A stretch of DNA of 64,000 nucleotides from Octopus vulgaris (Eukaryota): the NCBI GenBank assembly GCA_951406725.2, contig OX597839.1, positions 23,312,001 to 23,376,000 of the forward strand. Direction: 5' to 3'. The notes beneath the pieces are model-generated. The model saw only the letters and a list, made by a program, of their open reading frames with translations. It made no database searches and was not told the origin of the DNA. Made by a program: the position numbers and the translations under genes. This document shows positions 26,737 through 39,185 of this stretch, piece after piece (position 1 is the stretch's first letter; each line of letters starts with the position of its first letter).

Positions 26737-26972
26737 GGTAGCGAGCTGGTAGAATTGTTAGCACGCCAGGTGAAATGCTTAGCGGTATTTCATCTGCTGC
26801 TACGTTCTGAGTTCAAATTCTGGCAAGGTTGACTTTGCTTTTCATCCTCTAAAGGTTGATAAATTAAGTACCAGTGAAACAATGGGATCGATGTAATCAA
26901 CTAGTCCCCTTCCCACAAATTTCAGGCCTTGAGCCTTCAGTAGAAAGGATTATTATTATTATTATTATTATT
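26735..26972 (+). mobile_element. SINE B2, full length, flanked by (ATT)n
   Basis: aaggtagcgagctgg...tagaaaggattattatt. Confidence 0.88.
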
Positions 26973-27494
26973 TCTAATATAAACACAAGGTCTGAAATTT
27001 GCGGGAGGAGTACTTTATTTTATGGACCCTGAGGGTCAAAGACAGGAAGAGCATCTGGTCATTGAAAACTTAGCTCAACAAATTCTGTCCGATCCATGCA
27101 AGCATGGAAAAGTGGGCATTACATGATGATGATGAAGAAACAACACAAATTCTACACAATTCCTGTCCAATATAAAAGCACCAATCACCCACTACATACT
27201 CAACAAAATCAGCAATCCAAGTTCAAATCTCATTGGGGGTGGGAGTCATCTTCATCCTCATGTAACATCCGTTTTTCCATGCTGGAATGGGTTGGAAAGT
27301 TTGACTAATATCCGGTGAGTCAAAGAACCAAATTGGGCTCCGTTGTCTTCTTTGACATAATTTCTTCTTCAGCTGGATGCCCTAACACAATCCAAGTGGC
27401 ATGGGCTGGGTGCTTTTTAAGTGGCACCAGTCAATTCAGCATTTCAGGATTAATAAAAAGGCACCAATCCAGAGCAGTAGATTGGCGGACCCGT

Positions 27495-27712
27495 GAAGGG
27501 TTTGGGGTTGACGAAAGGCCTTACATTCTCTGTTCTGGCCCTTTCTCGACTGACGTTAACAGCTATGACAACACTGGCACCAACCTCTACCAGCCCAAGT
27601 TGGCAGCGTTTACCTCGGATAAACATCAGTGTAGTTAGAGAGAAGAGACACCCATGTTTGGACAACCTTGACCAACAGGGACCTCAAGAGAGATGGCAGA
27701 ATCTCTAGAAAT
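27495..27712. repeat. Unclassified dispersed repeat; inverted homologue at 34270-34865
   Basis: acacccatgtttggacaaccttgaccaacaggga has its reverse complement at ~34300-34335. Confidence 0.75.
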
Positions 27713-27908
27713 CTTTAGATATTGTCTTTCATATTTGTCTTTAGTCAACCGACTTTCACTCAACTTCAGAGTCTTGTGGAATGGCATCATAGTCTTTGAA
27801 ATCTTCGGTTGTCTTGGAAAGATCTCAGTGCCATGGCCATAGCAGACCCACATTTTATGAAATGGTAAATGGTTACATTTTGTATCTGGGTGTGTGTGTG
27901 CACATGTA

Positions 27909-28127
27909 TACTCTTTTACTTGTTTCAGTCATTTGACTGCGGCCATGCTGGAGCACCGCCTTTACTCAACCAAATTGACCCCAGGACTTATTCTTTGTAA
28001 GCCCAGTACTTATTCTATCGGTTTCTTTTGCCGAACCGCTAAGTGACGGGGACGTAAACACACCAGCATCGGTTGTCAAGCAATGCTAGGGGGACAAACA
28101 CAGACACACAAACTTACACACACACAC

Positions 28128-28180
<53 letters not shown>

Positions 28181-28352
28181 CATATATACGACGGGCTTCT
28201 TTCAGTTTCCGTCTACCAAATCCACTCACAAGGCATTGGTCGGCCCGAGGCTATAGTAGAAGACACTTGCCCAAGGTGCCACGCAGTGGGACTGAACCCG
28301 GAACCATGTGGTTGGTAAACAAGCTACTTACCACACAGCCACTCCTGCGCCT
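27909..28352 (-). mobile_element. SINE family A, full length, young
   Basis: Closely matches 10617 and 61278. Confidence 0.92.
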
Positions 28353-28795
28353 ATGTATGTATGTGTGTGTGTGTCTGAATGTGTGTATAGTGGAGCTCAT
28401 TCACACATATAGGTAAATGTCTGCATATGTGTGCATACATATATGCACATGTGCATGTATGTATACTTGTACAAACTTTCAGCAGCAGCTAGTCCCAGTT
28501 TTACAAGTAATCTTACACACACACACACACACACATATGTACACACACGAAACTATTCAAGTTTATACCTATAGACAAAAAAAACTGTAGACACATATCT
28601 CTCACTTCCCCCTTTTTTCTGTATACATATGTGTGTGTGTGTATATATGTGTGTGTGTGTGCAACCACATTTATAAACACATATATATACATACATACAT
28701 ATATGTGTTTGTGTGTGTGTGAATGTGTGTAATGAAAATATATACATACATATATATGTATATATATTCATTATATATATATTCGTATATGTATG

Positions 28796-28842
<47 letters not shown>

Positions 28843-29230
28843 ATGTATGTATATATATATATACATATATATATACACATATGTATACATATATATGTAT
28901 ATATGTATGTATGCATGTATGTATATTTTATACATATTTGTGCATGTGTATGTTATGCATAGTGGTAACTGAACATCTCGAAGCCACGTGTGTACAGAAA
29001 GGACTAATGAGCAACAGTATAAACGGCACAAGGAAAGCAATGAGGAATTAGTGTCAGGAAATGTACCAAAATTAGCCTCTCCTCACCCTCTCAGACTTCT
29101 TAGAATTATTTCACAATAGAACTGACATCTTGAAAGTTACAAAAGAAAAAAAACGTTGTTGGCTGCCCTCAAACTGAAATAGCTACCGGAAGGAGACGCA
29201 TGCACCCCCCACACCCATACACACACATAT

Positions 29231-29263
<33 letters not shown>

Positions 29264-29267
<4 letters not shown>

Positions 29268-30075
29268 AAGAAGTAGCTGAAAGTAACTGGAAACATTGTC
29301 TGTGGGACGAGCCTGTTGTAGTTCATGCTTCTGCTGCTAGAAGTCACTTGATGTGACCCTCAGGCATCAATCTGCTGGCTGGCATCTTCTAGTGGAGTCA
29401 TTCTGCCATGTGGTGTGTCTTCGTTTTGTGGTGCTTCTTCCCCGTTCATCGATTTTTGCAATGGCTGAAATGAAGGAAGTGTGTGCTTCCGAGAAAATCT
29501 ATTTCATGCTGAGGAGAACAGCGGCCGAAACAGTTGTCATGCATCAAAAAACTTAGAAGGACACTGCCATCAGCAAAACACAAGTTTATGAGGGGTTTTC
29601 ACACTTTAGGAAGGGTCACTTGTTGTTTGAAGACCAGCCTTGTTCTGAGCAACTGTCAGCCTCCCAAATGAATGAAAACAACACGAAAATTGATGAACTG
29701 ATCTTGGACGACCGTTGCCGAACATTTGATGAACTTGTTGATATGGCTGCTGTCTCCTGGAGCTCCTGCCAACGAATTTTGAACAAAGGATTGTGAATGA
29801 AATTTGCAGCAAAATTTGTGCCTCGCTCACTCACAGAAGATCAAAAGCAGTCATGAGTGAACGCCTGTCGTGATCTGAAAGAACGGTTGGAAGTTGATCC
29901 GGACCATTTTCCGTAGGTCATCGCTGCTGCTACGGAATTTTGCAGATGTGGAGGAGATGAAGAAAAAATGAGAGAGATGTTAAAAAATGCATCATTTTGC
30001 AAGAGTTCCAGCGTTGCTTTGAACAGCAGAAAATGCACCTGGACTGATGCATTCCTTCAAATGGAGAATAATTTG
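29264..30075 (+). mobile_element. Mariner-type transposase pseudogene with catalytic domain deleted
   Basis: From 29461: TAAETV..AISKTQVYE.F..FRKG..EDQP..SWSSCQRIL..AAKFVPRSLTEDQK..VNAC, then jumps to C-terminal FQRCFEQ..CIPSNGE. Several stops. Confidence 0.87.
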
Positions 30076-30076
30076 G

Positions 30077-30292
30077 ATCCCTGCTGTACTCTTTCACCAC
30101 AACTTTCTCTCACTCTTACTTCCTGTTTCTGTTGTACCTGTATTTCAAGGGGCCGGCCTTGTCACTCTCTGTGTCACGCTGAATATCTCCGAGAACTACG
30201 TTAAGGGTGCACGTGTCTGTGGAGTGCTCAGCCACTTACACGTTAATTTCACGAGCAGGCTGTTCCCGTTGATTCGGATCAACCGGAACACT
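30077..30292 (+). mobile_element. SINE fragment with E-type middle and D2-type tail
   Basis: gatccctgctgtactcttt..ccacaactttctctcact is shared with 31435. The tail from tacctgtatttcaagggg is shared with 33850 and 45013. Confidence 0.75.
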
Positions 30293-30316
30293 GGTAGAGG
30301 GTGGAGCAGGGCAATG

Positions 30317-30410
<94 letters not shown>

Positions 30411-30415
30411 CATAC

Positions 30416-30468
<53 letters not shown>

Positions 30469-30498
30469 CATACATACATGCATATATATATATATATA

Positions 30499-30540
<42 letters not shown>

Positions 30541-30580
30541 TACATACATACATACATGCATATACATATATATATATATA

Positions 30581-30623
<43 letters not shown>

Positions 30624-30631
30624 TACATACA

Positions 30632-30671
<40 letters not shown>

Positions 30672-31145
30672 TGGAAGGGGGAGAGCAGAAATTCTTCGCT
30701 TGCATGTTCGAATTTGCTGGCACTGTTAGTTTCGAGTAGATCTTCGGAGACGATGGGAAGCCGAAAAGGTATGCTCCTACTTTCAGTGTTTTCAAATCCA
30801 AACCAGGGAGTTCTGAGCTGATGATAGAAATGTCTTTTTGACTAATCTTGAAACGTACGTTCTCAAATAACCTTTGCATTTGATTTTTTAATGTTTCTAC
30901 CCTCATACTTTCGTGAGTTGAATTGAGCAAACACTTTACGAGAGAGATTTTCTTTAAGTATTGGAAATAGTTTTAAAAAAGTTTTTTTAGCTGCTATTTC
31001 TAATGAGTTCAGTATGCGGCAAAGTAATTTATTTTACTAAGCCCTTTTATATAATGTAATAATTTGAATTCGCCTTAAATGGTCCCTTTGCATACTGAAT
31101 ACTTGGTGAAATTGATTAATTAATTAATTTTACCCTCAATTGTTG

Positions 31146-31606
<461 letters not shown>

Positions 31607-31620
31607 ATATATATATATAT

Positions 31621-31837
31621 AAAGTTAATCCAAACAAGAAAACACAGAAAAAAAAAGAGAAAAAAACACAGCAACGCGAGGACGTGGAACAATTAAAGTA
31701 TTATTTGACGCTCAGGAAAGAAGGGAAGGAGGGTTTAACGTTTCGAGCGGAGCTCTTCGTCGGAAACAAGGAGAAGGAAAGATCCCAAGAAGGGAAGACA
31801 GAGGAAAAAATATTTTTGCTGGTGGTGCTCAAGAGAT

Positions 31838-31840
<3 letters not shown>
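31621..31840 (-). mobile_element. (TA)n-embedded short element with hammerhead-like fold (31733-31767)
   Basis: Minus strand: gttt-CCGACGA-A-GAGC-tcc-GCTC-GAAAC-GT-T-aaac; its 3' part recurs at 52498-52590. Confidence 0.7.
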
Positions 31841-31889
<49 letters not shown>

Positions 31890-31966
31890 TATATATGAAT
31901 GTGTATATGTATATGTATGTATGTGTGTGTATATATATATATGCATACGTACACATATATATGTAT

Positions 31967-32675
31967 AGAAACTTCATAAAACTCAACAATTTAGTTAAAA
32001 ATGGAGAAGAGAAGATGTTAAAATATATAAGAGAATTTTAATTCAAGCAGACGATTCATGATTGAATTAAATTAAATTAAATTAAATTAATTATATATCT
32101 CTGTACTCTTCAGTGTAAGAAGTATAAACAAAATTTGCACAAAGAATTTGAGAAAGGAAATAGCAGAAGAATGGGATCTGGGAGATTCCTATTAATCCTT
32201 ATGAGAAAACGAGTTGTGAGTCCAGTTAGGTATTAACTAAAATTAAAGGCTATAACGGTTATTTGAGAATATAAGTAAAAGAGGTTTCAGAGACATTCCC
32301 TCTATAGATGATTGAGGAGATTAGAAATTTTTTCTAATCTCCTTAATATAATTAATTCATCTATTTACTTAATTTAATTTAATTCAATTCAATCATGAAT
32401 TTGCCTTATTTTTATATCTCTGTATAAAACCATCATCCGCATGAATTAAAATTCTCTAATATATTTTAACATCTCTTCTCCATTTTTAACCAAATTGTTG
32501 AGTTTTATGGGGTTTCTTTCCATAAATTCACCACACATCATATACAAGTATTATTTCCATATTCGCAAATTTACGCCTGTAAGCTACCAGCAAAAAATAT
32601 TAAGAATAAACATTAGAAATCTTTTTAGGAAACCTCCAAATTAAAGGACAAATCTACGTTCAACCTTTTTACACC
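31967..32675. mobile_element. AT-rich foldback insert in (TA)n
   Basis: 31967-32090 is an imperfect inverted repeat of ~32369-32517. Confidence 0.7.
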
Positions 32676-32752
32676 TATATATATAAATGGTGGTGCCCCA
32701 GCATGGCCACAGCTCATTAGCTGAAACTGGAAAAATCAAAATCATATATATA

Positions 32753-32785
<33 letters not shown>

Positions 32786-33707
32786 AAATATATATATGTA
32801 TATATGTATAGTTAGTAAATATAGCTGTACTAATGTATTCGGTAACCTAACTAGAGTTTCATGAGGAAGACATTTACAGCCCTTGCCCACCCCACCCCTC
32901 TCCCCCTCTCTCTCTTTCCCCACTCTCTCTGTCTGTCTGTCTGTCTCTGTCTCTCTCTCATGGAATCTCAGTCTGGCATCAGCTGCGCCAATTATTACTT
33001 GAAAAGGTATCTAAGCCCTGGGTACAAGGATGTGAAGGCGAGATGGAATGAGGCAGGGTTTAAGGGTGTGAGGTGGCATTGGTGGTTGTGGTGGTGGTAC
33101 TGGTGTGGGTGGTGGTGGTGGTGATGGTGGTGGTGGTGGTGGTGGTAGCAGTGGTAGTAGTAGCAGCAGTAGTAACAGTAGTGATGGTGATAGTAGTTGT
33201 GGTGGTGGTGGTGGTGGTGGTAGGGTGGAGCAGGGCAATGTCTCTAGAGAAAACAAAAAACACAGCAGGAAGGCCTTAAGCAGGTTTGTTATCTCAGATT
33301 GGCAAATGACCCCTGAAAGGTGGGGGTGGGCACTGGTTTAATGAAGCTCCTCTTAAACACACACACACACACACACACATGCCCACTCCCGCCCCCACAC
33401 ACACACTACACACACACACACACACACTACACACACACTACACACTCATGTCTACCCCTGTGCACATTTGACCACCCCACACCAAACATTACTGTTGTAT
33501 CTTATTTGGTTCCAGAAGATTGATCGATTAGAAAATTGAAAGACAGAAGGTATTGATCTCTAGATCAATACTTTGCATTTGGAAATGTTGTTGTTGCTGT
33601 TGAAGTTGCTTCATTTCTGTTCTGTCCTGATTTTGCAGACTTAGAACCAATGGTGCTCCAGCTGGGCCACCCACATATTTTTGTATACTTACCACTGTAT
33701 TAAAGGC

Positions 33708-34035
33708 CTAGAAGGCACATAGCTTAATGGTTAGGGCATTTGGTTCATGATTGTAAGGTTATGAGTTCAATTCCCAGCGGGTGTTAGGTCCTTCAGCAAG
33801 ACACTTTATTTCACATTATACCAGTCCACTCAGATAGCAAATATGAGTGGTACCTGTAATTCAAAGGGGGCCGACCTTGTCCCACTCTGTGACACACTGA
33901 ATCTCCCTGAGAAATACATTAAGAGTATGCATGTCTATGGAGTACTCAGCCACTTGCATGTTAATTTAATGAGCTGACTGTTCCATTGAGTGGATCAAAT
34001 GGAACATTCATTGTCATAACCGATAGAAAGCCAGG
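33708..34035 (+). mobile_element. SINE family D with D2 tail
   Basis: gaaggcacatagcttaatggttag..gagttcaattccc..gcaagacactttatttcac. Confidence 0.82.
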
Positions 34036-34408
34036 CCAAGGGCCTGGAATGATTTCAGCTGCTGTTTCTAGCAAGCCAAATAATCAGGTACAAGCCCAGG
34101 GCCCACAGGAGAAATTTCAATCAGAAATTCAAAGAGTCTCCCTTTTGCTTTCTGGTCCCCCTTTTTTTTTACCTTCTCAGCCCTGGAACAACATACTGGA
34201 TGACCCTCTCTCTCATAGATTCTGTACAGGTTCCCCTTATATCAAAGTGATACCAACCTTGACATGTACAATTCTAGAGACTCTGCTATCTCTCTTGGAG
34301 TCCCTGTTGGTCAAGGTTGTCCAAACATGGGTGTCTCTCCTCTCAAACTCCACTGATGTTTATCCAAGGTAAACACTGCCATCTTGGACCAATGGAGGTT
34401 GGTATCAG

Positions 34409-34777
34409 GAAAAGGCGGCGAGCTGGCAGAATCGTTAGCACACTGGGCGAAATGCTTAGTGGTATTTCGTCTGCCGTTACGTTCTGGGTTCAAATTCCGC
34501 CAAGGTCGACATTGCCTTTCATCCTTTCGGGGTCAATAAATTAAGTACCAGTTACGAACTGGGGGTTGATGCCTTGTGGGTAATAAAGAAATAGGTATTT
34601 CGTCTGCCGTTACGTTCTGGGTTCAAATTCCGCCAAGGTCGACGTTGCCTTTCATCCTTTCGGGGTCGATTAAATAAGTACCAGTTACACACTGGGGTCG
34701 ATATAATTGACTTAGTCCGTTTGTCTGTCCTTGTTTATCCTCTCTGTGTTTAGCCCCTCGTGGGTAGTAAAGAAATA
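34409..34777 (+). mobile_element. SINE B1 dimer with 8-bp TSD ggtatcag
   Basis: TSD at 34401-34408 and 34778-34785; second unit starts at ggtatttc (34594). Confidence 0.9.
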
Positions 34778-35957
34778 GGTATCAGTGTTGTCATGGGTGT
34801 TACTGTCAGCCAAAAAAGGGCCAGGACAGAGAATGTAAGGCCTTTCATCAACCTCAAACCCTTTTAATTCCATGTACAAGACTTACCATTTTTATTTTTT
34901 ATTTTTTTTCTCGTCTCAGTTGGCATTTAGTAGGCTATGGGCTGACTCCTTCCTCAGTGGAACATCACAGAAAAGATCCAGTGGATAGCAGTTGTTTATG
35001 TAACCACAAACATATCAACTTGGGTATTCAGAGAAACTTGATCTGACCCAGGGGCATCACGCTACCCCTATTTTTGTCTACCCCCACCCCTCAACACCAC
35101 TAGGTTTTCACAACTTTATAAAGAACTTCTCTTACTTCCTGCTAAGCACTTAGGGGTTCCTCAGCTGGCAGATCAGCTGTGCGTGTGTGTGTATCTGTGT
35201 GTCTGTGTTTATGTGTGCGGTTGATTGTATGTTTAAGCACGAGTAATGTTTCTGTGTGTGCGTGTGTGTATATATATGTGTGTGTGTGTGTGTGAATGTG
35301 TGTGTATATATATGTGTGTGTATTTGTACTAAGTTAACCCTGTACTGCTTTACTTTATCTGACCTCACTCATTACAGCCAGCAATGTATAATCCTCTTTC
35401 TCTCCTCCTCACCTCCCCTTCCACCTCATCATCATCATCATCACTACCACCACCACCACCACCACCACCACTACTACCACCAAAAGCGTAAATGTGTGTC
35501 GTGGTGTTATGCTTGTCTGAAGAATGTTGTGTTGTGGAGTTATGCCTTTCCCAAGAACGTGATCCCAAGTTGTGGTGTTGTTCCTTCCCCGAAAAGCATT
35601 GTTGAAAATAGGTGAAGAGACGAAACAGCTACAAGAATTCACTGGAACTGTGTCAGAATCCAGACATGCTGGGAACCTCCTCGCAAGAGCAACAGATCTG
35701 TGACAAGAGAACCAAAACCAGGAAACCAATATCTACAGAAACTCCAGTTATAACTAGCAGCAGTAATGCTGTTGTTGTTGTTGTTGTCATTTGAGAAGAT
35801 TCTATTATTTTTTTATTTGTTTCAGTCATCTTAAATTTTATATTTTATATATATATTATATTATATTAATTATATTTATATTTTTGGTTATTTATGTATT
35901 GGTTTATGTCTATCACTGCTTGAGTTGCCTAATAGTAGTTTTATCTCTAATTTAATT

Positions 35958-36350
35958 AGTGGCTGTGTGGTAAGTAGCTTGCTTACCAACCACATGGTTC
36001 CGGGTTCAGTCCCACTGCGTGGCACCTTGGGCAAGTGTCTTCTACTATAGCCTCAGGCCAACCAAAGCCTTGTGAGTGGATTTGGTAGACGGAAACTGAA
36101 AGAAGCCTGTCGTATATATGTATATATATATATGCGTTTGTGTGTCTGTGTTTGTCCCCCTAGCATTGCTTGACAACAGATGCTGGTGGGCTTACATCCC
36201 CGTCACTTAGCGGTTCAGCAAAAGAGACCAATAGAATAAGCACTGGGCTTACAAAAGAATAAGTCCCGGGGTCGATTTGCTTGACTAAAGGCGGTGCTCC
36301 AGCATGGCCGCAGTCAAAATGACTGAAACAAGTAAAAGAGTAAAAGAGTA
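35958..36350 (+). mobile_element. SINE family A, near full length
   Basis: Homology to other A copies. Confidence 0.92.
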
Positions 36351-36889
36351 ATAATAATAATAATAATAATATGAGGGAATATTATTCCAAACTTACAGGG
36401 AAAAATTAGAAATACTAAACCAAATTTCACAAAATACAATATATAAATTAGAAAAAAAACACCTTTTATCAATTCAATAAGGAAAAATTAAATTATACCA
36501 TTTAGAAAAATTACATCTTATAGAAAGATGTAATTTTTGCACATTACTTAATCTTATACAATCATTAAGTAATGTGCAAAATAATAAATAAAACATATAT
36601 ATATATATATATATATATCGACATGGCCGAAACAGCTGTAAGATCTAATTTATACTTATATTTATATTTACTTGTATTTATATTCTTTTTTATATATATT
36701 CTATTTATTATACAACATTACTCTTTTATGTACACTTTTTTATGTACATTCCTTTATATACACTGATTTGTTCTGATTTTTATATTTAACCCTACAGTCT
36801 CTTATGTGGTGGTTTAATAAAGTATGTGATTGAGTATTATCTGGTAATTGATATTTGATTTAGATGCATTTCTCCATTTTCTTATCTTG

Positions 36890-36922
<33 letters not shown>

Positions 36923-37007
36923 GTGCATATATATCACATGATCACGTGACCGACCTGACCATCAGATGTTGCTAGACATTGCTGGTCACAATGCGTTCGC
37001 ATTGCTT

Positions 37008-37040
<33 letters not shown>

Positions 37041-37059
37041 ATGTGTGTGTGTGGAGGTG

Positions 37060-37096
<37 letters not shown>

Positions 37097-37928
37097 CATA
37101 TATATATATATACATATTTATATATGTATATATATATATATGTATGTATATATATATATATATGTACATACATACATACATACATATATACACACACATG
37201 CATATGTGCTAACAAAATTCAACCAAACTACGAACGTAGACAGATATGTAACAAAAACAGAAAAGAACAGGAAATGTAAAAAAAAAAAAAGCAGTTTGCA
37301 TTTTTCTACTTCTTCCTACCCAGAATGCTTTGCCCCAATTCCATTCCCAACCACCCCCTCCACACATAACAAAAAAAAAAATCTAAAAAATAGGTGAAGG
37401 AATAAAGGTAAAAAAAAAAATAGTTGGGGATATGCAGAATTTGAAAGTGTAAATATTTTTACTAAAGTAAGTAAAACAGGGCTGTTTTGGCAAATGAGCC
37501 GACATCAAAATAAATAGTGTTTTATCGTATTAATTGATAAATATTGATAGCCAGAGCTTAGTGTATTTTCCCGGAACCAATTTGGTGGCAATGAAGGAGT
37601 AAATTATATTTTGGGATGAGATAACGGTGTATTTCTTAGAATGGTGAGTATTTAGAAAGTAAATAGAGAAGATGGAATTGCAGGAGGAGTCTGGAAGGCT
37701 GGCAGCAGCATCATTGATAATGGCAGTTAAAAGAACAACGCCTGGAGGAAGAATTTGTTGTTTTTGTCTTCTGTTTGTAGGTAAATATACGCAAAGATTT
37801 AAAGTTCTTTCTAATATTGGCAGCATAATTTATTTATGGACATTCAGGTTGCATTGAGAATTTTGCGTGTGGGTGTTTGCAGGAATGTGCCACAATTTTT
37901 GTATGGCTTGCATGGGAGATGCAGATGC

Positions 37929-38222
37929 AAAGTGGCTGAGTTCCTTTCAAGCATTGGGCCTTACGGAGGCAAAGTGGCTGAGTTCCTTTCAAGCATTGGT
38001 CCTTACGGAGGCAAAGTGGCTGAGTTCCTTTTGAGTATTGGGCCTTACGGAGGCAAAGTGGCTGAGTTCCTTTTGAGTATTGGGCCTTACGGAGGCAAAG
38101 AGGCTGGGTTCCTTTCAAGCATTGGGCCTTATGGAGGCAAAGTGGCTGGGTTCCTTTCAAGCATTGGGCCTTACGGAGGCAAAGTGGCTGAGTTCCTTTT
38201 GAGCGTTGGGCCTCACGGAGGC
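37929..38222 (+). repeat. 42-bp minisatellite x7 at the 5' junction of an RTE 3' fragment
   Basis: Unit aaagtggctgagttcctttcaagcattgggccttacggaggc. Confidence 0.93.
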
Positions 38223-38565
38223 AATGACCAAGACCTTTGACATTATGTCGTGCTTGAGAAGAAGACCCAGCAAGCTGAGCAAAATCACAGTCGTGGCAGA
38301 TACCGGTGTCACACACATCGGCACCTGTGCCAGTCGCACGTAGATGCACCCTGGTGTCATGCAAATGGCACCCGTGCTGGTGGCATGTAAAAGCACCCTT
38401 TACACTGGGTGGCATTTGGGAGGGCATCCAGCTGTAGGTGACCATGCCAAATCAGACAGGAGTCTGGTGCAGCCTTCCAGCATGCCAGCCCAGTCAAACT
38501 ATCCAACCCATGCCAGCATGGACAACAGACATTAAACGATGCTGCTGCTACTGCTGCTGCTGATA
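38200..38565 (+). mobile_element. RTE 3' end plus family C UTR
   Basis: ALGLTEAMT..VLEKKTQQAE matches MLGLTKAMT..VLEKTRQAE at ~8110-8190. Confidence 0.82.
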
Positions 38566-38983
38566 TATGTATGTGTATATATATGTGTATGAAAAATAAT
38601 GTGTGTGGATATGTGTGTATATAATTATATAATATGCATATACATATATGTTATAATTACATAGACACACATATACATTAAACATACAGACTCACATAAA
38701 TGCATGTACACATAAATGCATGTATATGTGGGTATGTATATATAATTGATATATTGGTGTGTCACACATTATATGCATTATCATGCGTGTGTATGTGTGT
38801 GTATATAGACAATAGGTGAAAACTACAGATGCTCAGTCTAGAAAATGTGTAGTATTACTCAAATGAATTTGACTATAAACTCTGGATTCTTCATCCAGGA
38901 CTTCGTCCATGTCTTCAGGAGTGGGTGTAAGAGAAATCCAGAAGAAGCTGATATGAAGGTAGTGACACAGAGAAGCACAATTA

Positions 38984-39024
<41 letters not shown>

Positions 39025-39027
39025 TGA

Positions 39028-39185
39028 TTGAAATTTATAGAAAAACAAAAGATGAAGACAGGTGTATGAACAAGAAGCAAGTGTATTAGTTTGATGCTTG
39101 GGAAAATGAAAACATCTTTTATGTTTTGAGCCTATGCTCTTCATCAGAAAGGAATAAGAGAAAATAAACAAAGAGAAATACACAT
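39028..39185 (-). mobile_element. Microsatellite-embedded short element with hammerhead fold (39116-39151)
   Basis: Minus strand: cttt-CTGATGA-A-GAGC-atag-GCTC-AAAAC-AT-A-aaag. Confidence 0.68.

Noticed and set aside
35612-35794. 60-aa non-repetitive ORF
   Set aside because: No good acceptor tract or donor and no recognisable domain.
37834-38445. 203-aa ORF with 14-aa repeats
   Set aside because: Antisense read-through of the 42-bp minisatellite and RTE 3' UTR.
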